Assembly (NCBI GenBank): GCA_016788065.1 | Contig: JAEUTI010000026.1 | Location: forward strand, 2,290 to 66,289 | From: Bacteroidia bacterium | GTDB taxonomy: Bacteria; Bacteroidota; Bacteroidia; AKYH767-A; OLB10 | Direction: 5' to 3' | Length of the DNA: 64,000 nucleotides | Shown: positions 61,376-64,000 of the stretch, piece by piece | Layout: each line of letters starts with the position of its first letter | Numbering within the stretch: position 1 is the first letter of the stretch | Notes under the pieces: model-generated | Database searches by the model: none | What the model was told of the DNA's origin: nothing | Seen by the model: the letters and a program-made list of their open reading frames with translations, nothing else | Translations under genes and position numbers: made by a program

Positions 61376-62269
61376 ATGAATCGAACATTTTTGTCCGGAT
61401 CAAAATCAAGTAAATATTTCTCAGCAACCATAGGCAATCTGTTATTACCGGTATTGTTGTTGGCAATGCTGTTCCCCGATGCTGCAATTGCACAGGGTAA
61501 TTTATTAATCACACCCCGGAGAGTTGTCTTCGAAGGGTCTAAGAAAATACAGGAACTAAATCTTGCTAACATTGGTAAAGATTCTGCCCGCTATGTATTT
61601 TCTCTTGTTGAAATACGAATGAAAGAAGACGGAAGCTTCGAACGCATTGCCGAACCCGATTCCGGTCAACTTTTCGCAAGTCCGTATTTAAGATTTTTCC
61701 CAAGAAGCGTAATTCTTGCACCTAACGAGTCGCAGTTAATGAAAGTGCAGCTCTCAAGAACAGAACAATTACCTCCCGGTGAGTACCGCTCACATATTTA
61801 TTTCCGGGCTGAGCGCGACGATAAACCTTTGGGCGAATTTGAAGCTCGTGTCGATTCAGGATCCATCTCCGTTTCTATTATCCCCATTTTCGGAATTACC
61901 ATTCCAATCATTGTGCGTGTTGGAGAACTTTCTGCTGAGGTTGCCATTTCTGATGTGAAAATCATGAAACATGATAGTATTTATTCAACATCGATGGTGT
62001 TGAACAGAAAGGGAACAAAGTCGGTCTACGGCGATGTGAAAGTAGAGCATGTTAGCGATGCAGGAATTAAAACCACTATTGGTCGTGCAAATGGTGTTTC
62101 TGTTTATACGCCGAATGCCAAAAGAAATTTTGAAATGAAACTGAAGGATGCAGACAAAGTTGATCTGAAAAAAGGTAAGCTATTGATTTCATACAACTCC
62201 GATTCTGATGTGAATCCGGTTAAAATGACTGAAGTGGAAGTATTGATCGATTTCTCAGCATCCAAATAA
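61376..62269 (+). CDS. secreted PapD-like (Ig-fold pilus-chaperone-like) protein, tentative
   Basis: Signal peptide ...AAIAQ. LLITPRRVVFEGSKKIQELNLANIGKDSARYVF resembles the N-terminal PapD chaperone strand pattern. Assignment is from pattern only. Confidence 0.4.
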   Translation: MNRTFLSGSKSSKYFSATIGNLLLPVLLLAMLFPDAAIAQGNLLITPRRVVFEGSKKIQELNLANIGKDSARYVFSLVEIRMKEDGSFERIAEPDSGQLFASPYLRFFPRSVILAPNESQLMKVQLSRTEQLPPGEYRSHIYFRAERDDKPLGEFEARVDSGSISVSIIPIFGITIPIIVRVGELSAEVAISDVKIMKHDSIYSTSMVLNRKGTKSVYGDVKVEHVSDAGIKTTIGRANGVSVYTPNAKRNFEMKLKDADKVDLKKGKLLISYNSDSDVNPVKMTEVEVLIDFSASK

Positions 62270-62293
62270 CTATTCGAACAGCGGCAATCCAAA

Positions 62294-64000
62294 ATGATTT
62301 TTAAATTGAATAAAGAATTAAGTCATAATAATACCTGGCACACCAATAGTGTGCAAAGGAAGATTGTGCTATTGCTTTTCATTTTCTCCATGTTCAGTTT
62401 AACTATGTTTGCGGCCGATATCACATGGACCGGTAATACAAGCACTTCATGGAATGTTGGCTCCAATTGGGCAGGAAATAATGTTCCCGGTAACAATGAC
62501 AATGCACTTATTCCAGGCGGAAGACCAAATTATCCGGTAATAACTTCCAATATCAATGTCAGAAATATAACCATAAACAATACCGGTACCGGTGGCCGGA
62601 TGACCGTTAATTCAGGCAATGTAAATGCACGAAGGTTGAATTTGCGTGCTACTGGATTGCTAACCATAACGGGGGGGCAAATTAATTTCACCCGTATGAC
62701 TATTGCCGGAACTATAAACCAGATTGGTGGTAATATAACAGCAACTTCTACTTCGTCTGTTAGTGCTGGTGGAATTGTCAATCAGTCGGGCGGAGTTTTG
62801 CACATGGGAAATAATGTTAATAATTCTCCTTCAGCAAATTTTCGCGTAAACACAGGTGGTGTTGTTAATCAATCGGGAGGTACCATTACTGTTCGTGATT
62901 TATCTGCCGGAGGTGGAGTGTTCAATCAGACTGGCGCTGCCGCACTGTTTCGGGTTGACCGTAACTGGCTGATGGGTACAGGAAGTACTTTTAATGCAAC
63001 TGATGGTACTGTGCTGTTTTCCGGTTCCGGAACCCTCAGTAATTTTGCATCAGGAACCAGACAATTTTTCAATGTTCTAATCGACAATAACGTAAATCCC
63101 GGTTTCTCCAATACCGCTGGAAGTACCATTCCAATAGCAGGAAATTTTTCGAATGATAATAATTCACTGAACAATACTGCCAATGCTACTTTTACTTTTA
63201 ATGGAACTGCAAACCAAACAATTTTTTCTGCTTCCAATGGAACCAATTCAACTTTCGGAAATTTTGTTGTAAATAAAACTTCCGGTATTTTATTTCTTCA
63301 AAGCAATATTTTCGTTTCCGCTAACATGACAGTGAACCTTGGTACATTCGATATGGATGCTTACCGATGTAACAGGGCCACAAATGGCGGTACGCTGCTT
63401 GTAAATAATAATGCTTTCCTGCTTTTGTCGGGTTTAACAGGTGGACAAGCAGGAAGTAATTTCCCTATCGGATTTACAGGTATTGGTCTTGATACTGCCA
63501 GCACTGTTGTATATGATGGAGGCAATCAAACTGTCGCCAATATGTTTTATGGAAATTTGGTATTATCTGCCGCTACCGGTAATGTCTTTAAAACAATGCC
63601 AACTGCTGCTCTGTTTGTTGATGGTAATTTCACTGCAACTCGAGGGACAGCTTCTTCGCTGGCATTTACAGCCTTGTCAAATTTTACTATTGCCGGCAAT
63701 GTAACGATTGGTGTTAGCACTACTTTCAATACAGGAACATTCACACATTCAGTGGGAGGAGATTTTACTAATTCAGGAATATTGAACGCAACCGGAAATA
63801 GAATTATCTTAAATGGCCTCGGTGTGCAACAAGTATCATCAACCAGCAATTTCTTTAAACTGGTAATTAATAAGACTTCCGGCTATGTTAATCTTGCTTC
63901 AAATATCAGTCTCAATGACAGTCTGGTTTTTACAAGAGGTAATATAAGGACAGGTGCTTTTAAAGTTATCATTACAGTTAACGGAAAAATAGGTGGTGCT
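62294..64000 (+). CDS. very large surface protein (beta-helix/adhesin-like); 5' part only, continues beyond the window end
   Basis: Absent from the ORF track because it runs off the edge. From ATG 62294 my manual translation gives 569 codons to base 64000 with no stop. Signal-anchor LLLFIFSMFSLTMFA, then ITWTGNTSTSWNVGSNWAGNNVPG and many Gly/Asn/Thr-rich ~20-25 aa repeats. Confidence 0.65.
   Translation, partial: MIFKLNKELSHNNTWHTNSVQRKIVLLLFIFSMFSLTMFAADITWTGNTSTSWNVGSNWAGNNVPGNNDNALIPGGRPNYPVITSNINVRNITINNTGTGGRMTVNSGNVNARRLNLRATGLLTITGGQINFTRMTIAGTINQIGGNITATSTSSVSAGGIVNQSGGVLHMGNNVNNSPSANFRVNTGGVVNQSGGTITVRDLSAGGGVFNQTGAAALFRVDRNWLMGTGSTFNATDGTVLFSGSGTLSNFASGTRQFFNVLIDNNVNPGFSNTAGSTIPIAGNFSNDNNSLNNTANATFTFNGTANQTIFSASNGTNSTFGNFVVNKTSGILFLQSNIFVSANMTVNLGTFDMDAYRCNRATNGGTLLVNNNAFLLLSGLTGGQAGSNFPIGFTGIGLDTASTVVYDGGNQTVANMFYGNLVLSAATGNVFKTMPTAALFVDGNFTATRGTASSLAFTALSNFTIAGNVTIGVSTTFNTGTFTHSVGGDFTNSGILNATGNRIILNGLGVQQVSSTSNFFKLVINKTSGYVNLASNISLNDSLVFTRGNIRTGAFKVIITVNGKIGGA

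Overview
This looks like a chromosomal window from a low-GC Bacteroidota genome. The evidence is at least six proteins with type IX secretion (T9SS) C-terminal sorting domains, TAnnTTTG-type -7 promoter boxes, and a GlnRS plus GluRS pair. All calls rest on reading the ORF translations and DNA by eye; I ran no BLAST, HMM, tRNA-scan or composition statistics. I support about 50 CDS, one tRNA, three terminators and several repeats.

Housekeeping blocks:
- mlaE-mlaF-mlaD
- gltX-glnS-folB-tRNA-Cys
- yceD-rpmF-plsX-fabH-accB-accC
- ppa and a YbiT-like ABC-F ATPase

Two long ORFs run off the window edges and are missing from the ORF track: 1-2093 on the minus strand and 62294-64000 on the plus strand.

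Most interesting locus: a 9.0 kb heavy-metal efflux cassette sits directly 3' of an intact tRNA-Cys(GCA). It is bracketed by an exact 16-bp direct repeat of the tRNA 3' end (27418-27433 and 36408-36423), which is the classic att signature. No integrase or transposase lies inside it. The cassette has several non-standard parts:
- a Cys/His-rich small membrane protein at the head of the operon
- a single 1455-aa ORF fusing a CzcA-type RND pump to a TolC-like outer-membrane factor through a retained signal-peptide-like segment
- an adaptor protein with a 53-aa His/Asp/Glu-rich insertion
- a P-type ATPase with no N-terminal metal-binding domain and DKTRT in place of the near-invariant DKTGT
- a degenerate 24-28 bp tandem array just outside the distal repeat

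Other points worth a second look:
- a 10-unit heptanucleotide microsatellite (AATCCTT) filling the junction between two genes of a three-histidine-kinase locus
- an XRE/HipA-like pair whose HipA has its catalytic Asp and P-loop Lys replaced
- an ABC-F ATPase with both halves of ATP site 2 degenerate
- a lipoprotein with a duplicated NPxHGxPGHxC motif
- T9SS-secreted cutinase/PETase-like, PAD-like and cyclophilin enzymes
- a PapD-like chaperone candidate next to a giant beta-helix-type surface protein

I saw no CRISPR array, rRNA, transposase or phage genes.
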